From contig JALJEE010002927.1 of NCBI GenBank assembly GCA_023231475.1, forward strand, positions 1 to 51,720: a DNA stretch of 51,720 bases, read 5' to 3'. The DNA is from Seison nebaliae (lineage: Eukaryota). Made by a program: the position numbers and the translations under genes. The notes beneath the pieces are model-generated. The model was not told where the DNA came from. It searched no databases and worked only from the letters and a program-made list of their open reading frames with translations. Each line of letters opens with the position of its first letter. Positions within the stretch are counted from its first letter, which is position 1. Below are positions 31,501 through 44,888 of this stretch, piece after piece.

Positions 31501-34500
31501 TGGGATTTGTTGTGAATAAAGAAAAAGAATTGTCAATAACAAGAATAATAATAGAGAAAAGACTGTCAGTAATTCATCTCGGAGGCAGTGGTAGCATTGA
31601 CCGCAAAAGAATCATGTTGTTGATGAGCAGTAGGTGACATGTAAGATTATCATGAGAATATATTCTCTTTATGTCTAATGATGTTATTTCTCTCTGTCCT
31701 CCTAACAATCACATCGATTAAACCTGACGAGAATGAGAGGAAAAAAATGACAAATGTTTCACCAATTATTTCTATTCCCTTTCCACAATTTATGTTCATT
31801 GATTAAATGCAATCATTCTAGAAAGAATCATATTATTATCGTTGTCGTTGGTAATGATGTCGGTCTTTGAGAATTGTAAGAGAATTGCGAACATCGTGAT
31901 ATTTATGGGGGAATAATATATTTATTTCGTTTAGAATTAATAGAAGAAGTTGGTGGAAAGATGAAATGTTTTTATGTGGAAGAGAATGGAAAGAAGAATA
32001 GAATACGAAGAATGGAGAGTCTTCAGAATTTCCTTTTCTTTTTTGTTGTAGTAATTGGAAGAGGGAGAAACGATTTGTTATAATAAAAAGAAAAGCAGTT
32101 CTCCCATTTCAAATTGACCATATTATATCAGACACTAAATAAAGTGAATGACCCAAATAAAATTAGTATCAGGTTTCGAAAAGACTCTTCTATCTCTTTC
32201 TCCTTTTCCCCCCAAGTGTTGTCTTTCTCACATATCGATATTTTGAATGAATGAAATTCTCTAATGATAATTATCCATATTCACTATTTATCCTTATCGA
32301 TTCTTCTCTTCCTAACGAATTGTCATGATTATCATACTATTTCATCCATCCCTCCACGTTCGTGGAGGTGGCAAGAACTTGTCCGATTTCCCGTTTCATC
32401 ACCACATCAACATCTTTCTGTCTCTCTCCTTTCATTTCACTCTCTCGTTTATACGTCTCTCGTTAACTTTATCTAATATTAGCGCACATGTTCGAATACT
32501 TATGTATATATCTCCATGTGTTTATTATCTGCATTCTGCCATAAAGTGATCGTTCTTAATACTTACCTCTAAACAAAAAGGACAAACAGGATAACTGACA
32601 AACAAATGAGAAATAATTAAAATAATCTTCTAAAGAAAATGGAAAACTAAAAAATGATCAATCTCAGAATTATAATGGTATGTCATTAAAAGGAAATAAA
32701 CATCGAAACAACAAATTCCATAAAATTGATAAATTCATTTTTGATCGAATTTTCTGGTTTAATGACAAAAAGAACGACAGGTGAGGAAGAATTGAATAAA
32801 TTTCAATAAATCATGACATAATGAATATTATTACGGAATTTAATCATAAATTCCATTAAGAGATACTTCGCTTTACTATAAACATCCACTTGATTCCTAT
32901 TTTTCAATAAAGCGATGAATGCACTACCGATTATCGGTGTTGGAGATACTTCACATTATCTTTTCTACATTTATCTAAAACAATTTTTATTAGTATAAAA
33001 TAGTTGTTTAATTTGACACAAATTCTAATTTAACTATGGAGGAGGCGAGTTAAAATAAACCGGAAAAATTATTGAGGACGATTAGCTCATGGGCTATTGG
33101 AATCTCTTGTAGGGGAATGTCCGAAATTATAACCACTTCAGTTCAAAAATTTGAAAAAATTTATTTGAATTTATCTATTTTTTGGAATTTTTCTTTTAGA
33201 AAAATAGGGGACAGTTCTATTCGATTGACTGAAAGTGGGTAGATTTACTTTGAGTAGAAGGGACATTTATATTTCTTATTCGCATTAAATTGTTACCCTT
33301 CTTTCCTAACAAACCTTCAAAAACCCGAAGAACAAACAAACTTCTTCTTATTTAGTAAATAACCTAAATAGTAAATATAATTTTTGGAAGCAGTAGATCT
33401 ATCAGAAATGAGATAAAATAAAGTTCGAAAAGAAATAGAAGGACTGTTTGTTTTTCTTCAACTGAATATAAAAATCATGAACTGTCCGGTGACTGATTCT
33501 TGATTTCGTTTATTATTTCCCATTAAATAATATTCACAAGGATATCTTGATAAATATGGAATGTTTATCATGGAATATGATCTTTAATAACGGACCGAAG
33601 AAATTTAACTAAAGCCTTCCTTAAAATTTATCTTCCTTTTTTTAGAAATATAAATATTATTATAAATTTCAAGGTGGGAAAGTGTAGGAACCTCGACAAT
33701 CTTGAATGAACTCGGGTGTACTGACCAAATGATGAAAGAGATGGAAAAAATGGAATTATTTTATTTCTAATGATTCCTACCGAAACTTAGTGGACTGAGG
33801 AGATTGGATGAATAAACTGATAGTAACTTAACGCCGAATTCAACACATTCGTCTCTTTTATTTCGGTATTATCGATCGGTGTAAGAATGGAGATAATTCC
33901 ATCTGTGCGAATAGAGGACGAGAGAAATGGTAAATAAAAAAAAATGTTCCTCTTCCGAAAGTGAACTGCTGTGAGAACGGTAGTTCTAGTGGAACTAGTT
34001 TAATTGATATGAAATAAATATGAAGTTCATTTCCTTTCGAATTTTTTGTTGAACTATCACTCAAATACTGTACGTGTTGCATGATTTATTTCTGATAATT
34101 TTGCAGCTGTTGCCTCTTCCTTTGTCGATAAATAATTATTGTAAAACCATTTCCATTCAACCTAAATTCCAATGGATATATTAGACAGATTGATATGGAT
34201 TCCATTAATATTTCTGTAATTATTCATATCTCAATGATACTGTACAGATGGAATGGAAATTCGTACGTATCGATTCTCCTCTCATGTATCGAATCTCCCA
34301 TTATTTTCTGTTGAAGATATTGTTCCTTTACACGAGTCTAATGGATGAAACGTGTATTTGATGGAACTAAAACTTTTATTTACAAGACGAATTTACACAA
34401 CTCGTTTCTTTAGAGACAGTTCCACTCTCACTACCATCACTTCCACATCGGACATATTTACTCATTTTCCTTTTATTCATCTCTCCCAAATTTTACCTAC

Positions 34501-36791
34501 TTGTACTTTTATCTTAACAAATTTTGACAGTTCTTCTTCAAATTCTCCCTACAGAAAATCGGACTTTTCTAACATTATGGTAGACATAACTACCTGACAT
34601 AAGATTAGATAAAATAAATTTGAATGAAATAATTTATTGGAAGAAACGGGAGCGGAATTAGAACTCTTAAAACGAATATATTTGACCGATTTTCCCTCAA
34701 TTAATAGATACGACTCTGATGGTTTTCGAGACGGTTTCGTTCCGGTTTCCTAGAGAATATAAATGTGGATTCGATTATACTTGTCACAGAAGAATGGAAT
34801 GTTTAACGATTTGGGAAACTTGTCAGAAATGTTGAATGAAGTAAAATTAAATGAAGTATATAATATACATGATAATGGGAGAGAAATCTATTCGAATGGA
34901 TTCTCCTGGAATCACGAACTGGAAACATTGTCATACAGCAGTTAAAATTAGGGTTTTATTTATTCAATAATTGATTTGGAAAGAAGTTTGGAGGAAAGAA
35001 AGATGGAATAACAATTGCGGAATTGATAGCAATGAATTATTTAGCATATGGTTTCTCGTCGTCTTTTTTTTTTAAACGAATAAGGAGATCGAATCAAATA
35101 TTGAGTTACTTTAATATTCGATTTTTATGTGTAAGATTCATTAAGTAGGGAGGATGAGGAAATAGCATCATTTATTCTTTTCACCTATCGTAATTCGTAA
35201 ACATTCGGAAAGATGTTCTCCGTTTGACTCGAAATTTTTCAGTGAGATTTGATTTCTCATTGACAGGAATTGTGGATGGCATACACCATATGATAGATCG
35301 AATTAAAACAAGTCGAGTAGATGATGTCGAGTGAAAGAAAAGTACAATATTCATAAGGAATAATGTAATAACAGTGGGATATAAAAAGAAGTGTATATCG
35401 TTTGATTGATGGAGCATAGTTGAGAGTGAAGACATTTCTTTTTATTTCCTTGACTTATTGAGGTGGAGAAGTTTATCGACAATCGATTGTCGGTTGTTTT
35501 TCCTTAAAAAAAAACTTCTTTTTTTCTTTAATCGTCAATTGAGTAGTGTTTGTGTTAAAAGTATGGGATATATCCGATATTCTTCTTTCCTGTATCTCAC
35601 ACGATATATGTTCGATGTGTGGTATGTAAATGAAGTGAGTTTGGAGGAAGCTGAGTTGGAGGTGGGATATAGGAAGAACGGAGAATGACACTTCATTGCT
35701 TGTAATACAATGACAATATATCGAAATTCCACAAAAAAAATTTAAGTGAATCAAAGTCGTTCAATTCACTTAAGTGAACATATCAGAAAATTAGTTGGTC
35801 GATCTACAAAATTCCTCTCAGACATCATTTCTCATAAGAAAGTGTGTTACACAATTCATCATTTGTTTGATGAATAATATTAGTGGGAGATGAATAGACT
35901 CAAACTTTGGAATTTCGTTGAATGGAACGAATAAAAGGATTTACGAACTTCGTCGAACTAACGATTCCTTAGAAATTGTCTGTTGGGTAGGAGTGTACAC
36001 AAAGGCAGGACACAGTTCTACGTCGTCACTCGATGGAAGTTTGTTTGTTTGTTGATGTCGATGGATATAAAGGATCATATTCCATCTAATAAATAGACAA
36101 AGAATTTGTAGAACGACTTGGTATATTGGTAATTTGCACATGTCGAAACGAACGGGGAACATGATCAATTCTTCAGCCGACATCTGTTTAATTGCTCTCC
36201 CAATGGTTGAAATGCTACATCGTTCGAATGATCGACAACATTTGTTTAATTTACTCGAAAATGTTTTGATTCTCAATCATAATTCATCATTCGAAATTAA
36301 TCATCATTGTCGATTGTTCTCAATTTGTGGATTGAATCAGAACATGTTTAATTCTAATCTCTTACAAAGTCAACGTTTTATGATTCTCCTTCAAAAACCC
36401 AAATTTTAGTACGAGAAATTATTTAAAGTATTAAAAGAAAGAAGAGAAGGACTTAACCCATTTCCCATCAACATGTCTCATATGAGAAAGATTTCGTTCT
36501 CTTTCATTCGAATATGTTAACGGGAACAATATGATTATAGAATAAATGAATGATATGATCCGTTTATTAAATTGAATATAAATTAGTAAATGTGAAAATC
36601 ATTTCGGTTATTGACTTGGCTTGTGTAGTTCTGCCTAATAATTAGTTTTAGGTTTTTTGTTTTTCTATTTCTCTTTTTTAGGTTTTATTTTTGTTCAATT
36701 TAGAATTCGTAGTGATTTTCTCGTCCCGAACTGGTTGTTTAGATTAACCTGATTACCGTTTTATTCGTCCAAATATTTTACCCATGAATTG

Positions 36792-37007
36792 ATGGGTCAA
36801 ATTTGTAGTGCATGTCGTAAACCGCAAAGGAAGAAAGTACGTAAAAGGGTCAAAAAGAAGAAGGGAGAAGATACGGACAAATTCAGTAGCAATTTAAGTA
36901 GTAACTTCTCACGAAATAACAACACCGGAAACAACCACATTCTGGATAGTTACGAATATGAAGAACTGCTAAAAATGCTTTTTATTGAGATGTTAGATAA
37001 GACATAG
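36792..37007 (+). CDS. Small 71-aa protein with N-myristoylation/palmitoylation signal and polybasic tract
   Basis: MGQICSAC (MGxxxS with Cys5 and Cys8) is followed by RKPQRKKVRKRVKKKK. The ORF is coding-like in composition against AT-rich flanks and ends 159 nt before the IFT172 ATG. Confidence 0.55.
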   Translation: MGQICSACRKPQRKKVRKRVKKKKGEDTDKFSSNLSSNFSRNNNTGNNHILDSYEYEELLKMLFIEMLDKT

Positions 37008-37166
37008 ATGAATGTCTAAATAGAATCATTCAATTTCAATAAAACAAACAATACTTTAATTAAATTGAGAATTAAAACGATGAGATTATGTCCAAACATT
37101 CCAAATTGAAAATTTATTATTTCTTTTGAATTTGATTGATAATTATTTACGTTTTGCTGCCTTTAA

Positions 37167-40100
37167 ATGAAAATTAAACGATTGGGAACGATTGCTCAGT
37201 TCGATGAAGTTCCTTCATAGTTCACGTTCTAATACAATATTTCTTCCAATTAGCATAAATGTGTACGTGCCATAGCTTTCAGTTCGGATAATCGACAAAT
37301 AGCTGTCGGTTTCCCAGATAGAACTATTCGAATTTTTGATGAACATGGCGCTAGTCAGAGTACTATTCATGTTGCAACAACTAAAAGAGTTGGGTGTATT
37401 TTAATTAAAAGTATTTAATTCTCTAAAAGGACAGCACAATTTTGGTAATTGAATATTCTCCCGCATCTCTTCAATTGGCCGTGGGATTTAGTGATTGTAT
37501 GATATTAGTCTATTCTCTTGAACAGTTATCAATTTCAGGAATTGTATCATTTCATAACCATTACAATTTCCAGAGGGAAAGAATTGATATCTAAATTTAA
37601 CAATCCAACTCCGGCTAGTCAGATGAATTGGTTAATGAATAACCAGCTGATTACCGGTTTTATGGATGGTAAAATTAAAAGATTTGATATTCGCCGTAAT
37701 CGCAGTGCCACCGTCTACACTGGAAATACTCCGATAATCGTAATGAGAACGAAGTTTAATTTGCGGATGAAGAAATTTTTAAAAATTTTTTTTAAAGTTT
37801 TAAAAATAGTATACTCTATTCGGGACATGTCGATGGAACTATAGTACGATATGTGATCGATCCTGATAAGACCTCGTTAACAAATGTTATTCATTCGCCT
37901 AAATGCAAAAAATTATCAAAATTATGTAGGGATTGTTATTAAAACATCCAGTGGCACCAGATGCCATGGCGGTAACAGATCAGTTAATAGTTGTAGGTGG
38001 TTGTGATCGAAGAATCGTAATTTATAATGAAAATGGTGGAACGCTACAACAATTCAATTATCAGAATAATAATTCAACACGTACTTCAGATAAATTTGGA
38101 TTTCATGAATTACAATCCTCTCAAGTTCAGGATTCTGATCACGATTTCACTTCTGCTGTCGTTAATCCAAGTGGGCAAATGATCATTGTTGGTTCTTATG
38201 ATAAACTTCACATATTCACTTGGTCGGTAAATCGTGGTCTTTACACCGAAACTAATCCCATAGTGGTTGATAATATGTATTTAGTTAGTTCATTACTATG
38301 GCGACGAGATGGAGCGAGACTTTTGGTGGTTCAATTTTCATTGATCTTCTTTTCATCATCAGATTCGATAGGGTTCATCTGTCGGACGAATAGACATGTA
38401 TGATTGTAGTATGAAGAAATATAAAGTGCGAGATAAATTCGAAATAACTTACGTAGGAATCTCACAAGTTATTTACTCATTAATTTTTTTTGTGAAAAAT
38501 ATGAATAAATTCAACAGGTCATTGTTCATAATAAAGAAAATGGAGATCGAGTCAACTTAAAATCAAAACATAAACATGAAATATATGATATAAAAATTCT
38601 TCATAAAGATTCATTCGTTGTAGCGTATACTTCAAATTCCATATTAATCGGTGAAATTCATACGAAATTATTAAGCGAAGTTTCATGGAATGCATCTGCC
38701 GGTAAACATCGTTTCTATTTCGGCATTCCAAAAGTTGAAATTTTACTTCCTCATTATATTCCACAAATTCCGACTTTATAGGTTTGTATCATATTTACTC
38801 AAGGCGATTTATCGATCGTTGAATTTGGATATGATGAAATTTTAGCAACAGTCAGAACCGAATTTTTATCTCCCAATCAATTGAGTATTAAATTGAATGA
38901 AAGTCGAAATGAAAGTGTGAAGAATATCGCTTATCTGACTACTCAACATGACATCAATATTTATAACGTGAACGACGATCAAACTATCGACCGTATTAGT
39001 CATGATTCGGCAATTCTTTGGTTAGATTTGAATGAGACGAGTAAATATTTGTTATTGAAAGATAAACGACGACGAGTTATATTAAATTGTAGAATTAATT
39101 GGAATTTACCATCATTTTTAGTTGTTCATTTATAACCGAGATACTCAAGAAAAGAAATTGATAATTTCACTTTGTTCATTTGTTCAATGGATTCCTAATT
39201 CTGATGTGATAGTGGCACAAAGTAGAGACAATTTAAGTGTTTGGTATAATGTGGAAGCGCCGGAAGAAGTGACATTAGTACCAATCGACGGGGACATAAT
39301 CGAAGTGGTTCGAAATGCTGAACAGAAAAAAACTCAAGTTGTCGTATTGGAAGAGAACGAGAAGAAAGTTACATATCAATTGGAGAATAGTTTAATCGAA
39401 TTTGGAACTGCTATCGAAGATAAAGATTTTGCGAGAGCAATCGAATATTTGGAGAATGTGGAACAATCGGTAGAAACTGAAGCGATGTGGAGGAGTCTGA
39501 GTCATAATGGATTAGTAGACGGAAAATTAGAAGTTGTACAAAGATGTTATTCAGCATTAGGTGATGTATCGAAAGCGGCATATATGAGAGAAACCATCAA
39601 AATGGTTGATGAGATTCAAAAGAACACGAAAGTGCCTCGCGATAAAGCTATGGATCATTATACAATAAGAGCAAGATTAGAAATTTTGGATCATGATATA
39701 CAGAGAGCAGAAAATACTTATTTATCAGCAAAAGATGCAGATAAAGCACTCGAACTTTACAAGTCGTTGCATTTGTGGGATAAGGTGATTGAAGTGGCAG
39801 AACGTTCGCATCATAAAGATATTGAGAAGTATAAGAGTGCCTATGAAGCGTGGTTGATTGAAACAAAACAATTTGCCAAAGCGGCTTTATATAAAGAAAA
39901 GCTGGGTGATTTAGAAGGTGCTATCGTATTGTACGTAAAAGGTGGTTTACCTCATAAAGCTGGCCAATTAGTATTGACATCTGAAGAATTTACTTCGAAT
40001 ACTTCGCTTGTTGAGAATATCATTCGACAATTGGAAGGTGTTCATTATTTTGAGTCAGCCGGTGACTTATATGAAGCATCGAATCAATCTCGTGAAGCAT

Positions 40101-42835
40101 TGAATGCTTATAGAAAAGGAAAGAATTTCCAAAAAGCCATTGACATCGCTCAAAAACTTGATGCTTCTCTCATTCCTAAAATACATGAGGAATGGGGTGA
40201 TGAATTATGTCATAAACATAATTGGGATGTTTCTATTTCTCATTATGAGAAAGGTGGGGCATTTGGGAAAGCTGTAATTGCAGCACTTCATATTCATTCC
40301 TATAAACGTGCTCTAGATATTTTGAAACAAATGAATACCGAAGATTCGAAAGCATATTATGTGGAAATTGCTGATCATTATATCACTGATAGAGAATATG
40401 AATCAGCTGAAGAAGTGTTAGAATTGACGAATGCATTTAAAGAAGCGATTCAGATGTATATGAAAGCGAAAAAATGGAAAGATGCTCATCGTGTTGCCAC
40501 CAATCATTTCGATAAAAATAGTACCGAATCGATTTTTATAAAGAAAGCAGAAAAATTAATCGAGTCGGAAGAATTACATGAGGCAGAACGTCTATTTATA
40601 TTAATTGATCGAATCGATTTAGCTATCGATATGTTCATGGAAAGAAAGATGTATGATCAAGCTACACATGTAGCGAAACAGTATAAACCAGATGCAATGG
40701 ATGATTTGGCATTGAAAATCGCAAATAAATTGGGGGAGCATGGTGACGAACGTCAAGCGGAAAGATATTATTTGATGGTGGGCGATTGGAAAACTGCATC
40801 GAACGTCTACCGTCAACATGGTAAATGGTCAGATGCATTAAGAGTGGCAAAAACACATGGGGGTAACGACGCAGCTAAAACTGTGGCGTATGCTTGGGCG
40901 AAATCGTTACCGAATGCTGATTCTGCAGCCAGAATGTTGAACAAACGGAACATGTTACGAGATATCATAGAATATTCGATCGAAAAAGGAAATCATGATT
41001 TTGCTTTCAGTTTAGCTAACATAGCAGCTAAAGATCAATTACCGACATTACATTTGGCATATGCGAAATTGTTAGAATCTCAAAACGATTTGAAGAATGC
41101 AGAAAAACATTATATCGATGCCGGTTTTACAGACAAAGCAGTTCAAATGCATATTCGAATGAACAATTTAGCTGATGCTGAAAATTTAGCGTCTAAATAT
41201 GGAGGTGGTTTATCTAGAACAGTTATTGCTGAGAAAGCAAGAATAGCTTTCAATGAAGGTAATGATAAGGATGGTGAGGAATTGGCAATTCAATCAGGTA
41301 ATCCGAAAATTGCCATCGATTTTTACAAACAGAAAAATATGTGGAAAGATTCATTAAGAGTAGCTCGACAACATGCTCCAGAAATGGTGGCTGAAGTAGA
41401 AAGAGGTTATGGTTATTTGGAGGATAAAAGTGGTCAAGGTCCAGAAGGATTACTTGAACAAGCAGTTCAATGGGAACTTGATGCCGAATATCAGAAAGCA
41501 GTTGATGCTCGATTGAGATTGAATATGCAATCAGGATTAGCGAAAAATATTGTTTTCGATAATTGGAGATATACGGTCGAATTAGCAAGAAAATGGTTAG
41601 AGAAAGATGAACAGAATAAAGCGATTGGTTCAGTAGCGGAATATATGGAAGGTGCCGATCAATTTGAGAAAGCTGGTGAATATTATACGTTAGCAGATCG
41701 ATTAAATGATGCAGTTAATGTATTTATACGAGCGAAGAAATTTGATAAAGCGAAAAAAGTTGCAGATATGATTAGTAAGGAGAAAGGTCAAGAAGTTTCA
41801 GAGAAATATAAAAATCATTTATCGAAAGCTGGTGACATGAAACAATTGGCTGCACTCGATGCAGACACAGCATTAGAAATGATGGCAGAGAAACATGAAT
41901 GGTCACAATGTATAGCAGAAGCTCAGAAACATGGAGGTGAATTACTTCAGAAATATATTTCCAAATATGCCGTTTATCTCATTGATCAAAATCAGTCTAA
42001 TTTAGCCGTTCAATTATATCGGGAACATGGAACCTCTGCAAATCCAATTTATTATAATCTTTACAAGAAATTATGTTATACATCATTAGAAGTTCGCGTT
42101 CTCCATTTCAAGAGTAATTATAGGAAATTTGCACATTTACGAGATGTACTCTTCGATTTGACGTCGCAATTACCTACAACAACTGACGATCTGAAAATTT
42201 TTCAGAAATTTCTTTCAATCACTCATCATTGTGCTATGGCTACTGCTTTTGATGGAATTGATGTATTAGAGGAACAAATGGGAAAGATTTGCATTTCATT
42301 ATTGAGGCACACCGACATTTTTCCGTTGGATTCCGCTTTCTATGATGCAGGAATCGCTTGTCGAGATTTGAATTGGATTCCGATGGCATTAATTTTCCTC
42401 AATTATTTTCTCGACGTATTTGATGCAATAAAGGAACATAATTTAGATATGTTAGATACGAACGCTTTCACTGGAACTGATATTCCTAGTGAAGTTACTA
42501 TACCGTCAAAACTTCATATAAAAGAAGAGGAATATGAAGATATCAAAGAATGGATTTTATCCACATCAATTGCTAATGATTATAATCGAGAATTACGGAC
42601 TGATGTACGTGGAGTGTTCGAAGGAACATTAACAGCCAACGACCAAACATCTATCGAATGTGTCATCACTGGATATCCAGTATTTGATGATATAAGATTT
42701 TCAAACGGTTTTGGTGCCAATCGAAAAGATTGGAACGATGTAATACGAGCATCGAAAGCGAACATTTCTAGTGAACTGAGTGATTGCTTAATGTTCGTGG
42801 GGAAATGGTGTGGAACAAAATTGGATTATAAATAA
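37167..42835 (+). CDS. IFT172: Intraflagellar transport protein 172, ~1,752 aa, 10 exons; introns 37209-37253, 37389-37429, 37525-37573, 37754-37797, 37886-37929, 38329-38371, 38468-38517, 38734-38781, 39076-39121
   Basis: N-terminal WD40 region (SGHVDGTIVRY, GCDRRIVIY, GSYDKL, WRRDGARL, KFEITYVGISQVIV, VRTEFLSP), then QWIPNSDVIVAQSRDNLSVWYNVEAPE, LIEFGTAIED, TPR-like repeats and a C-terminal CVITGYPV. Spliced length matches typical IFT172. Confidence 0.97.
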
Positions 42836-42949
42836 TTCACAATTGTCTTTCCGAACAACATATCGAAATTTTAAATTTATTAATTTAATTCAATTTATCT
42901 CGATGTGGATTTCAATAATAGATAATAAATAATAATAATAATAATAATA

Positions 42950-43577
42950 TTAGTCTGAACAATGTTTTAATTTCATACTCAAATCCAATCCTTCCATTAA
43001 TAATGATCTGATATAATTTATTTCCATTCTTGTCAATTGATTTACTCGTGCATGATCGCTATCACTTCGAATGAACAGATCAGTTGACGCTCTCAATTTC
43101 GACATTCGAATATCCCAAATATCTTTAATCAACGTTTTTATTTCATCGATATCTTTAATATCCATTCCACAACTAATTGGATAAATTAGTTGGAGATTAA
43201 TGGAGAATAAAATTATACAACTAACTAATAAGAGAGAGAATGAACAATTTCTTTGTAATGTTCCGATGGCATCTCAACGAAAACTGGTGAATCCATTTCA
43301 TTTTGTTTCAATAATTTCAAATTTTCTATCGACATCCATCCTGGTGCAATTATTGTGCACTTTTGTTTCTCCTTCAAATAAATAGCAATCCATAACGGCA
43401 CTTTAGTTGGGAGATTGGGAGAGAACGGTCCGATTTCATTCTTCAAAATATTCTCACAGAACTAAAAGAAAATTAATTTAAATTAACTGCAACAAGATTC
43501 AATTGAGGATGAGTAAAATTGGGAATGATATCAATCAATTCATCTTCTGCAAGAAATTCTATTTCAGCGGGTTCCAT
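42950..43577 (-). CDS. GINS2: DNA replication complex GINS subunit PSF2, 175 aa; exons 43488-43577, 43226-43440, 42950-43172
   Basis: MEPAEIEFLAEDELIDIIPNF, GPFSPNLPTKVPLWIAIYLK, DEIKTLIKDIWDIRMSKLRAS and NQLTRMEIN. Introns are 47 and 53 nt, GTT..AG. Confidence 0.95.
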
Positions 43578-44072
43578 TTTATTTTCTTAAGAGACCAAGC
43601 TAACATTTCTATTAGTTCTAAATAATATTCCGGATTACTTATCAAATAATTTATCACTATTTATCATCAATTTATCATCTCCAATCGGAACTTATTGTTA
43701 AGAATAAAAATTTCAAATTTAATTTTTTTTCCTATTATCAGAAAATGGAATAAACTTATTGATGTTATTATTAACCACCATTATTAATTTCACATTACAT
43801 TTTCAACTGGTCATCGTTATAACTTTTATAATTAATCATAATGTATCATTATGAATAAAAGAAAGTATTTTCTTAAATTCTAAATATGTTTTCTTAAATT
43901 AATATGAAAGATGTTGTCCATTTAATGATAGAATAATATCCGGAAGATGAAAAACGATGAAATTTAAAGAATCAAACAAATAATAAGAGTGTAAATAACA
44001 AATATGTTAAGAAAAAATTTGGACAAGAGAAGAATATAAATAGAAATTAATTTCTCATCTAAATATCGCAAA

Positions 44073-44508
44073 ATGTTCTTCTTATTTCTAGTTGTTATGA
44101 TCATATCTCAATTTCAATTTGCTAAAGCAGGTTGCAATTTAATTTTAATACTTCATTATTAACCCGAGATATAGAAAGATGTGAATTTCCCCCGAAACTT
44201 GGTCCGTTTAGAGGTGAGATTTCGTATGATAAAGTTTTTTTGTCTGCTGATCTTGGTTATACAACCAATACAGAAATTTCACTTGTCTGTGAAGAAGGAT
44301 TCATGTCAAAAATGAGGAACCAAGAAACGAAGTTTATTTGTGATATAAATTTCAAGTGGGTTGATAAAGACGGTAATGAACTTCATAATGAGAGTTGTAT
44401 AGGTTTATATTTGATTACAATTTCGACAAATTATATTTCTATCCTACTGCAGAAGGCAACGCAGATAAACCAAATAACACAAGAGAAGAATTTGTCAATT
44501 CACCATAA
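44073..44508 (+). CDS. Small secreted protein (113 aa): signal peptide, one sushi/CCP-like domain, short tail; exons 44073-44130, 44175-44402, 44453-44508
   Basis: Signal MFFLFLVVMIISQFQFAKA, then C-xx-PP...G...C-x-x-G-F...C....W......C sushi pattern. The domain exon is flanked by phase-1 GTT..AG introns (44 and 50 nt). Confidence 0.75.
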
Positions 44509-44888
44509 TCTGTTTGATGATAGCAAAAAAACGAAATATCGATTAATCACTGTTTCGATCTGTTTTACCAATATCCAACAGACAATATCGATCAGTAGAA
44601 CTATTTTTGTGTCCAATTTTTAATTTTGCCTTCCTTACTTTAATCAGTTTTGTTTGGAGAACTTGGTGGAGTTTTAAACCATCATTATATTTCATATTCA
44701 ACTCACATTCAAATCATATTTCAAGAAAATAAAAAATAAGAGAAAATGATTTTATTTGAGATGAATTTGAAATAATTTCTATCAATCAATTAATTCGAAT
44801 AATCTGACACTTAGATGAGAAATTTATGAGTATTATTGGAAATTATTGGAAATTTTTATTAGTGAATAATGTTGAAAGAAAAATATCT

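Noticed and set aside
32559..32720. ATACTTACCT, identical to the 5' end of U1 snRNA
   Set aside because: The downstream sequence lacks U1 stem-loops and an Sm site. It is better read as a minus-strand AG|GTAAGTAT donor.
22587..35754. Many 60-133 aa ORFs in the gene-poor region
   Set aside because: F/L/I/S-rich translations typical of AT-rich non-coding DNA, with no domains and no consistent exon chain.
35930..36409. Overlapping 111-aa (-) and 91-aa (+) ORFs, possibly a spliced gene
   Set aside because: No recognisable motif. A spliced + strand model is possible but unsupported.
42091..42125. GTTCGC...TATAG intron-like segment in the last IFT172 exon
   Set aside because: The frame is open and the translated length matches the orthologous region as I recall it. 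Removal would shift the frame.
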